Assembly (NCBI GenBank): GCA_002269645.1 | Contig: NIVC01000886.1 | Location: 62,001-126,000, forward strand | Direction of reading: 5' to 3' | Length of the DNA: 64,000 nt | Source of the DNA: Macrostomum lignano | Lineage: Eukaryota | Shown: positions 1-12,705 of the stretch, in pieces | Layout of the letters: each line of letters opens with the position of its first letter | Position numbering within the stretch: the stretch's first letter is position 1 | Notes under the pieces: model-generated | What the model was told of the DNA's origin: nothing | The model's database searches: none | The model's input: the letters and a program-made list of their open reading frames with translations, nothing else | Made by a program: the position numbers and the translations under genes

Positions 1-3000
1 AACAATCCGACCTCCGACATCGACAACAATAGCGACGATTCGAAGTCGGTCGAATCTATCGAGCCGTCGGTGTCGGACCGGAGTTCGACAAGTTCCAGCA
101 GCGCCGGGCCGACGCTGCCCTGCCTGACGCTGACCGACGCCCTTCGATGGCGAGCCAGCAGAGAGCCGGACACTCGACTGTTGTCGGTTTGCACCGACGC
201 TTCGTCCGCATCCGACACCGACGGAGACTCATCCGCCGACACCGTAGACATTGTTGCCAGCTGCTCAGTTGGCGAGCCGCTCACAGCTCAGGGCCTGCTC
301 AAACGAGCCGATCGGGTTGCCAGCCTGATTCGAACTGGACTGCAGCTCACTGCTCAACAACAGGCGCTGGTGTCTCCCATTGTGGCTGTGGCAGCGGCTC
401 CAGGCCCGGACCTTCTTGCCGGACTGTTCGGCGCTATGCTGGCCGGCTGCGTGCCCGCCGTGATGCGGCCGCCTGCACCCGCTCCCAGCAGCTTGTCGGC
501 TTTCGCTAGGCTGGTCCGCGCTGCAGACTGCGTGGGCGTAGTTTCTAGCCAGCCCGTGGCCAAGCTGCTGAAGGTGGGGCGCTGGGTTTTTTTAATTCAT
601 GCTTCTCTTGTTGATTTTATGGATCCTATGCCTAAGATTCCTATCCGATGAATTCCAAGATACCCACTTCTTAAGTCCCAGATCCCCATTCTCCAAGTCC
701 TAAATTCCTATCTCATTACCAAAGTTCTCATTCCCTAAGTCCCAGATCCCCATTCCCCAAGTCCTAGATCCCCATTCCTTAAGTCCCAGATCCCCATTCC
801 CCAAGTCCCAGATCCCCATTCCCCAAGTCCCAGATCCCCATTCCTTAAGTCCCAGAAACCCAATCCTTAAGTCCCAGATCCCCATTCCCCAAGTCCCAGA
901 TCCCCATTCCTTAAGTCCCAGATCCCCATTCCCCAAGTCCTAGATCCCCATTCCCCAAGTCTCAGATCCCCATTCCCCATTCCCCAAGCCCAGATCCCCA
1001 TTCCCCAAGTCCCAGATCCCCATTCCTTAAGTCCCAGATCCCCATTCCTTAGTCCCAGATCCCCATTCCCCAAGTCCCAGATCCCCATTCCTTAGTCCCA
1101 GATCACCATTCCCCAAGTCCCAGATCCCCATTCCCCAAGTCCCCCCAGATCCCCATTCCTTAAGTCCCAGATCCCCATTCCCCAAGTCCCAGATCCCCAT
1201 TCCTCAAGTCCCAGATCCCCATTCCTCAAGTCCCAGATCCCCATTCCCCAAGTCCCAGATCCCCATTCCCCAAGTCTCAGATCCCCATTCCCCATTCCCC
1301 AAGCCCAGATCCCCATTCCCCAAGTCCCAGATCCCCATTTCCCAAGTCCCAGATCCCCATTTCCCAAGTCCCAAATCCCGATCCAATTTCCGAAATCCCA
1401 GATCGATCCCATTCCTATGTCCCTATTCTCAAATCCCCAACATGCCAAATCTCACTAGAAATCCCATTCCAACAAATTGAAATTCACCCAACCGCCCGCT
1501 CAGGCCAAGTCCAGCCAGCCGAACCTCCGGCCGCCGCTGCCTCCCCTACTCGAGTTGGACAAAGCAAAAAAAGTGGCCGAGAAAGCCGCCGCCTCGGACA
1601 GCGGCGACCCCAACTCAAAGCTGGCCTCGCAAACTGACCCGGAGTCTGCCGCTTATCTGGACCTGTGCGGTGCCGGCAGTCCGCAGGACGATTCCCTGCA
1701 GACTCCCGGCAGCTCAGCGCCCATCGGCGTTCGCGTCACCCACCGAGCCGCCATGGCCGCCTGTCAGTGCCTGCAGACTCGCTGCGACCTGCAGCTTGGC
1801 CGAGACCTGCCCGCCTGTGTGGACCTGTACAGCGGCGGGATGGCCTTCATTGTTGCCTGTCTGGCTAGCGTAGCCTGCGGGCATCACACCCTGCTCATGC
1901 CAGCCGGCGCCTTGTCATTGGAGCCCAGCGCTTCTGGCGCTGCCGGATTCTTGCAGATGCTGGCGCAGCGGTCTGTGCGTGACGCCCTGTGCGGCTATGA
2001 ACTGCTGGACCGGTGCTGCGCCCGGCTGCAACCTGAGTCTGTCAAGGTGGGTGTGCTTGGCTTTGATCTGGCTTTGATGTTGGCTTTGATCTGGCTTTAA
2101 TGTTGGCTTTGATCTGGCTTTGATATTGGCTTTGATCTGGATTTGATCTTGGCTTTGATATTGGCTTTGATCTGGCTTTGATATTGGCTTTAATTTGGCT
2201 TTGATCTGGCTTTGATATTGGCTTTGATCTGGCTTTGATTTTGGCTTTGATCTGGTTTTTATGTTGGCTTTGATATTGGCTTTAATTTGGCTTTGATATT
2301 TGCTTTGATTTGGCTTTGATATTGGCTTTGATATTGGCTTTGATCTGGCTTTGATCTGGCTTTGATATTGGCTTTGATCTGGATTTGATATTGGCTTTGA
2401 TCTGGCTTTGATATTGGCTTTGATCTGGCTTTGATATTGGCTTTGATCTGGATTTGATCTTGGCTTTGATATTAGCTTTGATCTGGCTTTGATGTTTGCT
2501 TTGATCTGGCTTTGATATTGGCTTTGATATTGACTTTCATCTGGCTTTGATTTTGGCTTTGATCTGGCTTGATCTGGCTTTGATATAGGCTTTGATATTG
2601 GCTTTGATATTGGCTTTGATATTGGCTTTAATTTGGCTTTGATCTGGCTTTGATTTTGGCTTTGATATTGGCTTTGATCTGGCTTTGATATTGGCTTTAA
2701 TTTGGCTTTGATCTGGCTTTGATTTTGGCTTTGATATTGGCTTTGATCTGGCTTTGATTTTGGCTTTGATATTGGCTTTGATATTGGCTTTGGGCTGGCT
2801 TTGATATTGGCTTTGATATTGGCTTTAATTTAACTTTGATCTGGCTTTGATTTTGGCTTTGATCTGGCTTTGATTTTGGCTTTGATATTGGCTTTGATTT
2901 TGGCTTTGATTTTGGCTTTGATCTGGCTTTGATTTTGGCTTTGATATTGGCTTTGATCTGGCTTTGATTTTGGCTTTGATCTGGCTTTGATTTTGGCTTT

Positions 3001-3820
3001 GAACTTGGCTTTGATCTGGCTTGGATATTGGCTTTGATATTGGCTTTGATCTGGCTTTGAACTTCGCTTTGATCTGGCTTTTATCTGGCTTCGATCTACC
3101 CGTGTGTCTCTGATCTACAAAGTCTACCGATATGTATCGAACTGATGCTTATTTCAGCAAAAGCACAGCCTGGCCAACCTCCGGTCCCTCATCGTGCTGG
3201 GCACGGACCGGCCGAGGGCGGAGCTGCTCGCGAAGTTCGGCCGCCTGCTGGTGCCGCTGGGCCTCAGCCCGACAGCCCTGCGCTGCTCATTCGGCTGCCG
3301 CGTCAACCCCTGTCTGACCCTGCCGGCCACAGACGTTGACGCCGACTCGGCAGCGATCTACGCCGACGCCAGGGCGCTGCGTCAGGACCGGCTGGTCTCG
3401 GTAGACTCGGACAGTCCGAACGCGGTGGCTCTGCTGCAAGCCGGACAGCCGGCGCCCGACGCCCGGATCTCCCTCGCCACTCCGTCGGTTCGAGGCGGCG
3501 ATGTTGGCGAAATTCTCGTCCGATCGCGCGGCAACGTCGAGCCGCTGACGGCGGCCACCGCGGCGGCGGGTCTGTCGGCGAGAACCGGCTACCTGGGAGT
3601 GATTCGCCAAGTTGACAGCGGACCGGCTCCCGCCCTGTTTGTCATCGGAGCCGTGGCTGACTGCCTGACCGGCCTGTCCGGCTGCTGCAGCACTGGAGGC
3701 GGCACCAGCCTCAGATATTATCCGGCTGACTTGGAGGCCACTGTGGTGCGCTGCCACCCAGCCATTGTGGACTGGTGAGCGGCTGAGGGAGAGGGTAGAC
3801 ACAGACACAGACAGACACCC

Positions 3821-3909
<89 letters not shown>

Positions 3910-3971
3910 CTAAGACAGACAGACAGACAGACACTAAGACAGACAGACAGACAGACAGACACTAAGACAGA

Positions 3972-4022
<51 letters not shown>

Positions 4023-4074
4023 CTAAGACAGACAGACACTAAGACAGACAGACAGACAGACTGAAACCAGACAA

Positions 4075-4125
<51 letters not shown>

Positions 4126-4258
4126 CTAAGACAGAACAGACAGACAGAAAGACAGACAGACACTAAGACAGGCAGACAGACAGACAGACAGACAGACAGA
4201 CACTAAGACAGACAGACACTAAGACAGACAGACAGACAGACAGACTGAAACCAGACAA

Positions 4259-4321
<63 letters not shown>

Positions 4322-4339
4322 CTAAGACACTAAGACAGA

Positions 4340-4377
<38 letters not shown>

Positions 4378-4421
4378 TGAAACCAGACAAATAGACAGAC
4401 AGACAGACAGACAGAACAGAC

Positions 4422-4461
<40 letters not shown>

Positions 4462-4474
4462 TGAAACCAGACAA

Positions 4475-4545
<71 letters not shown>

Positions 4546-4641
4546 CTAAGACAGAACAGACAGACAGAAAGACAGACAGACACTAAGACAGGCAGACAGA
4601 CAGACAAAAAGACAGACAGACAGAAAGACAGACAAACACTA

Positions 4642-4674
<33 letters not shown>

Positions 4675-4677
4675 CTA

Positions 4678-4734
<57 letters not shown>

Positions 4735-5048
4735 GGCACGCAAACACACAGGGTTAAAGCCAGCTGTACTTGTACACCAACTGATGCATTTCCAGCGCTG
4801 TGTTCGCATGCGACTCCCTTCTGGCTGTGGTAATGGAGCTCAGCTGTCGCGAGTCCGACGCCCTCGATGCGGTGCCGCAGGCCACCACGGCGCTGCTCCG
4901 GGATCATCAGCTGGTGGCCTCCGTGCTCATCGTCTGCGACCCTGGCGCCATCCCGGCCAATGGGCGGGGTGAGAAGCTTCGGTCGGTTCTGCGGGACCGG
5001 TTCCTGAGCGACCGGCTGGATCCTGTATATGTGGCCTACAACCTGTGA
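1..5048 (+). CDS. DIP2: Disco-interacting protein 2 homolog, 3' part (C-terminal AMP-binding/FAAL-like domain); 5' end lies outside the window
   Basis: Exons 1-573, 1504-2046, 3158-3774 and 4796-5048 join in frame via GT..AG. Peptides recognised as DIP2-like: RPRAELLAKFGRLLVPLGL..SFGCRVN, RTGYLG, YYPADLEATVVRCHPAI, CAVFACDSLLAVVMEL, IPANGRGEKLR, DRLDPVYVAYNL-stop. Confidence 0.9.
670..1420. repeat. Intronic minisatellite, ~21-nt unit (CCCATTCCCCAAGTCCCAGAT)
   Basis: Tandem copies read directly; fills DIP2 intron 574-1503. Confidence 0.95.
2060..3095. repeat. Intronic minisatellite, 11-12-nt unit (GGCTTTGATATT / GGCTTTGATCT)
   Basis: Tandem copies read directly; fills DIP2 intron 2047-3157. 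Confidence 0.95.
3797..4735. repeat. Intronic (AGAC)n microsatellite with recurring ACTAAG and CTGAAACCAGACAAAT variants
   Basis: Read directly; lies in DIP2 intron 3775-4795. Confidence 0.95.
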
Positions 5049-5134
5049 TGCTGTGGTGCGCCTCATCTTGAGCTCCTGAATTTTTTCTGCTGTGTCTCAT
5101 GTATTTCTTTGTTGTTTTGTCTCTGATCTTCAGT

Positions 5135-5910
5135 TGCTGGGCCAGCCTCCCAGATCTTCAGTTGCTGGGCCAGCCTCCCAGATCTTCAGTTGCTGGGCCA
5201 GCCTCCCAGATCCTCAGTTGCTGGGCTAGCCTCCCAGATCCTCAGTTGCTGGGCCAGCCTCCCAGATCCTCAGTTGCTGGGCCAGCCTCCCAGATCCTCA
5301 GTTGCTGGGCCAGCCTCCCAAGATCCTCAGTTGCTCGGCCACCAGCCTCCCAGATCCTCAGTTGCTGGGCCAGCCTCCCAAGATCCTCAGTTGCTGGGCC
5401 AGCCTCCCAGATCCTCAGTTGCTGGGCCAGCCTCCCAGATCCTCAGTTGCTGAGCCAGCCTCCCAGATCTTCAGTTGCTGGGCTAGCCTCCCAGATTATC
5501 AGTTGCTGGGCCAGCCTCCCAGATCCTCAGTTGCTGGGCCAGCCTCCCAGATCCTCAGTTGCTGGGCCACCAGCCTCCCAGATCCTCAGTTGCTGGGCCA
5601 CCAGCCTCCCAGATCCTCAGTTGCTGGGCCAGCCTCCCAGATCCTCAGTTGCTGGGCCAGCCTCCCAGATTATCAGTTGCTGGGCCAGCCTCCCAGATCC
5701 TCAGTTGCTGGGCCAGCCTCCCAGATTATCAGTTGCTGGGCCAGCCTCCCAGATCCTCAGTTGCTGGGCCAGCCTCCCAGATCCTCAGTTGCTGGGCCAG
5801 CCTCCCAGATTATCTGTTGCTGGGCCACAGGCCTTCCAGATCATCAGTTGCTGCGCCAGCCTGATCTGGGAGATCCTCAGTTGCTGTGCTAGCCTCCCAG
5901 ATCCTCAGTT
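5135..5910. repeat. Minisatellite, ~29-nt unit (CAGTTGCTGGGCCAGCCTCCCAGATCCT-like), just 3' of the DIP2 stop
   Basis: Tandem copies read directly. Confidence 0.95.
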
Positions 5911-6599
5911 CATACCGATTAGCATTAGTATATTGTATGTACAATAGCTCATTGTTACAGTTAAATTTATAAGAACTGTCTTTTCTACCGGTTCCCCGTT
6001 TTTTTCTGCCTGTCTTTAGTTATAAAAAATGCAACGAATATTAAAAGATGTGGTTTGTTCTATCTGCTATCCTGATGCTGTTCATATGCTAATGATATTT
6101 GTGAAATGTTTTTGGTATTATTCAGTGTAAAGTACTGTTATACTACTATGGCTAGTATATTTATATTTATATCGCTAATTGAGTGGCGCATCTTCCTAAC
6201 CTGGTTAATAAATATGTTGTCTTATATATCTGACATGGAATGCTTCCTTGATGAATAGTTAACATGAGCCCGTGGCTTTATACTCATTGAGTCTTTCTCG
6301 TTTTGCCATTCTAAAAACTTTTTGTCTGGTTTTTTTTACCTGATTGCGATGGCGCTCCGTGCATGTAGTAACAGTGTGCTAGATATGCGCGTTTTTATTC
6401 TAGAGATTTTCTAATGTCATTTCAAATGTTTGTTTCAATAGTTTTGGCCTATCGTTCGTTTATTTAAAAAATTAAATTATCCAATTTTTTAAGCAATGCC
6501 AAGCCGCAGTTGCCAAGCTTATCTTATCTCTGAGCATTCTCAAGTTAAGCTGAGTTGACAGCGGTTAGTACGCTGATTATGCTTCAATTCAAACTCTTG

Positions 6600-7109
<510 letters not shown>

Positions 7110-7954
7110 TTCCAAACGTTTAAAAACAACTGTGGTGAATTTGAAGCCACTTTTAAGCAAGCAAACAGTTTTATCCTTGCTATAAATATTTTAAATTTTG
7201 ACTAACTTCAGTTATCCTATGCTGTTAACTTCTAAGACTTGTTAAAGCTTTGCTTTAAACTAGCTAGTGAAACCGAACCATAAATTATTCATATTAAACA
7301 TAGGCTGTGATTACTGCGCTTTTTGATTTTTTTATTCATGCTTTTATCATAGGTCAGTGTGTACTTTTGATTGTTCGATTACGCCAATTAACATGTAACT
7401 TTACAATTCCAATAAGCTCTTTTGCCGATTTTTCTAAAATAAACTTGTTTTAAAGCTGTCATACTACTTACCTACTTAACACAGTGCTTCAGTACTACTT
7501 GCAGTAGTATTTTGTGCTATCAGAGTATTTTACATTTTATACGCACATAAATAAGTTTTGTTATTATGCATAGCTTTGCACTGAATGTTTGTTATATTAA
7601 GGTTGGTCGTTATTAGCTCATTAAAATACTAATGTTAGTAGTATTTAAGCGATTTTTATACGTCTTTGACGGTAGAAATAAATCATATATCATAATGAAT
7701 ACAATTTTTTTGATTATTATAATACACTGTTTCTGCATGATTAACTCTGTTGGTTCTGATATGATTTTTGTAGCTTCTTTGCCAACAAATCAGCGCTATT
7801 GAAGTTTTGTCTGTTTTTTGTCAGTTTTTTTCGCGAGCGAGATTACTCAGGTGACTGACGACTCCTAGGGAATTTTATGAAATATGCAAGTAGGGCACTT
7901 ATGAAGAATTTTGCAGGTTGAGAACTATGTCTGTAAGGGGACCTGAGAAGATTA

Positions 7955-9285
7955 TCATTCTAAGGGGTTATCATTTCATTTATCATTTTATTTTATCATT
8001 TCAGATTATCATTTCTCAGATGGTAGATTTCGATTCTAAGGGGTAGTTCTCAGATGGTAGATTATCATTCAAAGGGGTGTTTCTCAGATGGCAGATTATC
8101 ATTCTAGGGGTGGGGTATTTCTCAGATGGCAGATTATCATTCAAAGGGGTGTTTCTCAGATGGCAGATTATCATTCTAGGGGTGGGGTATTTCTCAGATG
8201 GCAGATTATCATTCTAGGGGTGGGGTATTTCTCAGATGGCAGATTATCATTCTAGGGGTGGGGTATTTCTCAGATGGCAGATTATCATTCTAGGGGTGGG
8301 GTATTTCTCAGATGGCAGATTATCATTCTAGGGGTGGGGTATTTCTCAGATGGCAGATTATCATTCTAGGGGTGGGGTATTTCTCAGATGGCAGATTATC
8401 ATTCTAAGGGGTAAGGGGTAGATTTCGATTCTAAGGGGTATTTCTTAGATGGTAGATTTCGATTCTAAGGGTATTTCTCAGATGATAGATTGCGATTCTA
8501 AGGGGTATTTCTCAAATGGTAGATTTTGTTTATAAGGGGTATTTCTCAGATGGTAGACCGTAGATTTTGATTCTAAGAGGTATTTCTCAGGTGGAAGATT
8601 ATGATTATGGTGAGTATTTCTTGGAGGGTAGATTTCGATTCTAAGGGTTATTTCTCAAATGGTAGAGTTTGATTCTAAAGGGTATTTCTCAGATGGTAGA
8701 TTTCGATTCTAAGGGGTATTTCTCAGATGTTAGATTATCATTCTAGGGGTGGGGTATTTTTCAGATGGTAGATTTCGATTCTAAGGGGTATTTCTCAGAT
8801 GTTTGATTTCGATTCTAAGGGGTAGTTCTCAGATGGCAGATTATCATTCTAGGGGTATTTCTCAGATGGCAGATTATCATTCTAAGGGGTATTTCTCAGA
8901 TGGCAGATTATCATTCTAAGGGGTATTTCTCAGATGGCAGATTATCATTCTAAGGGGTATTTCTCAGATGGCAGATTATCATTCTAGGGGTGGGGTGTTT
9001 CTCAGATGGCAGATTATCATTCTAGGGGTATTTCTCAGATGGCAGATTATCATTCTAGGGGTGGGGTATTTCTCAGATGGCAGATTATCATTCTAGGGGT
9101 GGGGTGTTTCTCAGATGGCAGATTATCATTCTAGGGGTGGGGTATTTCTCAGATGGCAGATTATCATTCTAAGGGGTATTTCTCAGATGGCAGATTATCA
9201 TTCTAAGGGGTATTTCTCAGATGGCAGATTATCATTCTAAGGGGTATTCCTCAGATGGTAGATTATCATTCTAAGAGGGGGGGGT
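7955..9285. repeat. Minisatellite, ~34-39-nt unit (TTCTCAGATGGCAGATTATCATTCTAGGGGTGGGGTAT)
   Basis: Tandem copies read directly, more diverged in the middle. Confidence 0.95.
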
Positions 9286-9478
9286 ATTTCTCACATGAAA
9301 AAGGACTTTAAACTCAAGTGGAATCGCACGAACAAGGGTTATGTTGAGGGCACTGAAGTATTAGTAAATATTAGTAAGATTAAAAATATCAAAATAGATC
9401 TTCCAAACCGTTTCTAAATGTTAGAACAGTTATAAATGTAAATAAAGGTAAATATCAACATGAAGTATTATTTGAGTT

Positions 9479-9522
9479 GCCGATGCATTTCGTCCATTTG
9501 CATTAGGACATCGTCAGGGTCT
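9479..9522 (-). ncRNA. Minimal type I hammerhead ribozyme motif in the 3' pLTR (element-sense strand)
   Basis: Minus strand reads AGACC-CUGACGA-U-GUCC-UAAUGCAAAU-GGAC-GAA-AUGCAU-C-GG: conserved core, 4-bp helix II, palindromic helix III, cleavage triplet AUC. Helix I has only 2 clear base pairs. Confidence 0.7.
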
Positions 9523-9707
9523 TTTTATTGAGAAACAATTTGAACGAATATTCAGTATATATATAGATAGTTGAGAGTAACAAGAGTAGTTGAATTGAGT
9601 TTTTAATTGATGGTTTAAAACTTGTACATAGTAATCAATTTTTGATACAGTATTGGTTGGGTAAAGTGCATATCAGTTTCAAGCCAGTCCGGTCATTGAC
9701 AAATCAG

Positions 9708-11123
9708 CTAAAAAATTCTGAGTTGACGGCTAGCCCCACCCATCGCAAGTTGGTTATTTAACGTGGGCTGTTTGGTCTTAATGTACAGGGCTTCTAATAG
9801 GCAGAGCATGTGATCTCTATTACAAAAATCAATAGCCTTTATCATTTCGTGTGGTTCAGCCTCACAACAAGAATTGCAGGTTAGCAGGTGTTCGTTAATA
9901 GCAGAGTTTTTTAGCCAGTGCTCTCTGACCCTCGTGTATAAGTGTCGTTTAGTTTTTCCTATGTAGGAGATGCTCTGGTCCTCAGAGCAAACAAATTTAT
10001 ACACGACACCAGCCGCGAGAGGACGTGGAACACTGGATTTCAACTTGCAGACAAACTTAGCAATCTTTTCGGTGCGAAACACAACACGGATTTGAGTGTT
10101 TAAGTCTTTACGGAGCAGCTTTTCTAACTTCTTTTTAAACTCTATAGAACAAACACCAAAGTAAGGCAAAGTGATCAAGGGACATTCAGAGGTGGAATCA
10201 CGAACTTTCATCCGATTAGGTTCAGTCAGTTTGTCATTGAGAAAAGAGTTGACAATTTTCATCACAAAGTTCTTAGGATAGCCATTGTAGCTGAGCAGAT
10301 TGGTGAGGATTTCAACTTCGTTGTGGAAAAGTCTCCAAGAGCTGCAAGTGGAAAAAGCCCGGTGAAGAAAGCAACGAATCAATCCGGTTTTCCATTGTCT
10401 AGGGCACAAGGCGTCAAACCTAAGCATAAGCCCGGTAAAGCTAGGTTTCCTATACACGCTGGTCGAAATAGTTTCATCGGTGGCGTCAACGTCAATGTCT
10501 AAGAAAGGAAGTCTCCTGCCTCCCCCCTCCGCCGTGAATTTGATATTCTCATGAGTAGAATTGATTAACTTAAAAAACTCGTCCTTCTTAGCTTCGTCCT
10601 CAAAGATCGCAAACGTGTCATCGACGTAGCGTTTGTAGAAGTGAGGCGCACAAGGGAGGGCCATCCAGTCCTTCTCCCAGTGGGCCATGCATAAATTAGC
10701 GAGGGTTGGGGCGAGAGGGCTGCCCATGGCACACCCATCAATCTGTCTGTAATATTTGTCCCGAAAAAGAAAGATGCCGGAGGTGGCGAATTTGAGCATC
10801 TTCTTAAAAGTGGCTTTGGAGAAAGGAGGTGGATCGGTTTTTTCATACACAAGATCAGCAGCCAGCTCAATGGTGAAATCGAGAGGGATGTTGGTGAACA
10901 GTGAAACAACATCAAAGCTATAAAGCCTGTCAGTTTGATTAATCGTGGTATTGCTGAGGCTCTCAATAAACTGTTTATTGGATCCCACACAGTGCTCAGA
11001 AGGAATAACAGGTTTAATTAAATTGTCAAGGAATTTGGCTAGCTCATACTCTGAAGTGTTGATCATCGAAACAATTGGTCTTAAAGGATGACCAAGGATG
11101 AAAAAGGATGAAACTATGTACAA
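9708..11123 (-). CDS. PLE reverse transcriptase plus GIY-YIG endonuclease (N-terminally truncated; the annotated ATG comes from the inverted pLTR)
   Basis: Motifs PLRPIVS, SFDVVSLFTNIP, QIDGCAMGSPLAP, RYVDDTF, LPFLDI, VYRKP; GIY-YIG VVYKF..YIGKTKRHLYTRVREH; terminal LLEALYIK..PTLN. Confidence 0.92.
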   Translation of the reverse strand: MYIVSSFFILGHPLRPIVSMINTSEYELAKFLDNLIKPVIPSEHCVGSNKQFIESLSNTTINQTDRLYSFDVVSLFTNIPLDFTIELAADLVYEKTDPPPFSKATFKKMLKFATSGIFLFRDKYYRQIDGCAMGSPLAPTLANLCMAHWEKDWMALPCAPHFYKRYVDDTFAIFEDEAKKDEFFKLINSTHENIKFTAEGGGRRLPFLDIDVDATDETISTSVYRKPSFTGLMLRFDALCPRQWKTGLIRCFLHRAFSTCSSWRLFHNEVEILTNLLSYNGYPKNFVMKIVNSFLNDKLTEPNRMKVRDSTSECPLITLPYFGVCSIEFKKKLEKLLRKDLNTQIRVVFRTEKIAKFVCKLKSSVPRPLAAGVVYKFVCSEDQSISYIGKTKRHLYTRVREHWLKNSAINEHLLTCNSCCEAEPHEMIKAIDFCNRDHMLCLLEALYIKTKQPTLNNQLAMGGASRQLRIF

Positions 11124-11220
11124 GTTTTAAACCATCAATTAAAAACTCAATTCAACTACTCTTGTTACTCTCAACTATCTATATATACTGAATATTCGTT
11201 CAAATTGTTTCTCAATAAAA

Positions 11221-11264
11221 AGACCCTGACGATGTCCTAATGCAAATGGACGAAATGCATCGGC
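11221..11264 (+). ncRNA. Second copy of the hammerhead motif, in the inverted 5' pLTR
   Basis: Identical sequence AGACCCTGACGATGTCCTAATGCAAATGGACGAAATGCATCGGC. Confidence 0.7.
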
Positions 11265-11636
11265 AACTCAAATAATACTTCATGTTGATATTTACCTTTA
11301 TTTATCTACTCTTCATCAAGCGAGCCACTTTACCTGAGTTATAAATGTACTTAACCGATTCAAGCAACTGCGCAAAACATCCTTCATTCAGGCACGGCAC
11401 CGCCGAGTCGCGTTAGTTTATTTCGATTTTATTTCAGAAAAAAAGTCCATAGGAAATATAGGCCAACAGAAATTGCTTGTTGCTTTTTGGTTCAGTCGGT
11501 TTTAAAACATAGTTGGACTGGACTGGATTACCTTGCTAGTTAGAAACCCAGCAGATTGGTGACGCGTTCTGTATAAAAACAATTTATGAAAGGTTTTCCT
11601 TTGTAAAATAATTGACTGCAGCTAAAAGAAACTGAA

Positions 11637-11855
11637 TCAGTTTGAATACAACGCTGGCTTACTTGACTCCTTGAGCACGTAGATGATGTTGGCGTGTAGG
11701 GTGCCCAGTCTAGTGATTATGGCATCGACTCGCTGCTGACGTTCGCTCGGGTCTGTGCAGTTCAACAGAATGTCAGTCAGCTCGTCTAGCAGCTGCTCCA
11801 GCAGACGCGACGATTCAAAGTTTAAATCGGTTTGGATTCCAGCAACGATTGACAT
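11637..11855 (-). CDS. Possible 72-aa helical ORF or exon of an unidentified gene
   Basis: ATG-started, non-repetitive, GC-richer than its flanks, with an amphipathic-looking peptide (LLEQLLDELTDILLNC). No family recognised. Confidence 0.3.
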   Translation of the reverse strand: MSIVAGIQTDLNFESSRLLEQLLDELTDILLNCTDPSERQQRVDAIITRLGTLHANIIYVLKESSKPALYSN

Positions 11856-12077
11856 TGTAGTTCTTGGCGTCTGTTTCTGTGTAGACGTCTTAACTAATTG
11901 TTAAGGTTGCTATGCTCAAGAGTGCTCTCGTGTTTAGCTAGTAATCTACTAGAAATTCTGTAAGCTGAATTAGTTTCTGTCCAAGTTCATATTTCGGCTT
12001 GATCACTCTCGACTTTTTAGTCTATGGTAAAATGACGCTTCTTAGGGGCTTTGCAGTGTGCACGAAAATTAGCCTTC

Positions 12078-12705
12078 TTTGTGAAACCGACAACCGAGCT
12101 TTTGAAATCATTTTGACACTTTGTGAAACCGACAACCGAGCTTTTGAAATCATTTTGACACTTTGTGAAACCGACAACCGAGCTTTTGAAATCATTTTGA
12201 CACCTTGTGAAACTGACAACCGAGCTTTTGAAATCATTTTGTCACTTTGTGAAACTGACAACCGAGCTTTTGAAATCATTTTGTCACTTTGTGAAACTGA
12301 CAACCGAGCTTTTGAAATCATTTTGTCACTTTGTGAAACTGACAACCGAGCTTTTGAAATCATTTTGACACCAAGATAACTACAGTCATGCTTTTGAAAT
12401 CATTTTGACACTGTGAAATCAACAACCGAGCTTTTAAAATCATTTGACACCTTGTGAAACCTACAGTCATGCTTTTGAAATCATTTTGACACTTCAAGAT
12501 AACTACAGTCATGCTTTTGAAATCATTTTGACACTGTGAAATCAACAACCGAGCTTTTGAAATCATTTGGACACGTTGTGAAGCCTACAATCATGCTTTT
12601 GAAATCATTTTGTCACTTTGTAAAACCTACAGTCATGCTTTTGAAATCATTTTGACACGTTGTGAAGCCTACAATCATGCTTTTGAAATCATTTTGACAC
12701 TTAAA
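12078..12705. repeat. Minisatellite, ~39-42-nt unit (TTGTGAAACCGACAACCGAGCTTTTGAAATCATTTTGACACT)
   Basis: Tandem copies read directly. Confidence 0.9.

Larger units (their letters stand above)
9439..11336 (-). mobile_element. Penelope-like retroelement (PLE), 5'-truncated, flanked by inverted pseudo-LTRs
   Basis: RT + GIY-YIG ORF. 9439-9632 and 11113-11304 are reverse complements, differing by one TA unit. The 13-bp direct repeat AGTTATAAATGTA at 9428-9440 and 11337-11349 is a candidate TSD. Confidence 0.9.

Noticed and set aside
3287-5066. Minus-strand SVCL-repeat ORFs
   Set aside because: Products of (AGAC)n and the antisense of GC-rich DIP2 exons.
5099-5947. 282-aa Pro/Ser-rich ORF after DIP2
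   Set aside because: Translation of the ~29-nt minisatellite.
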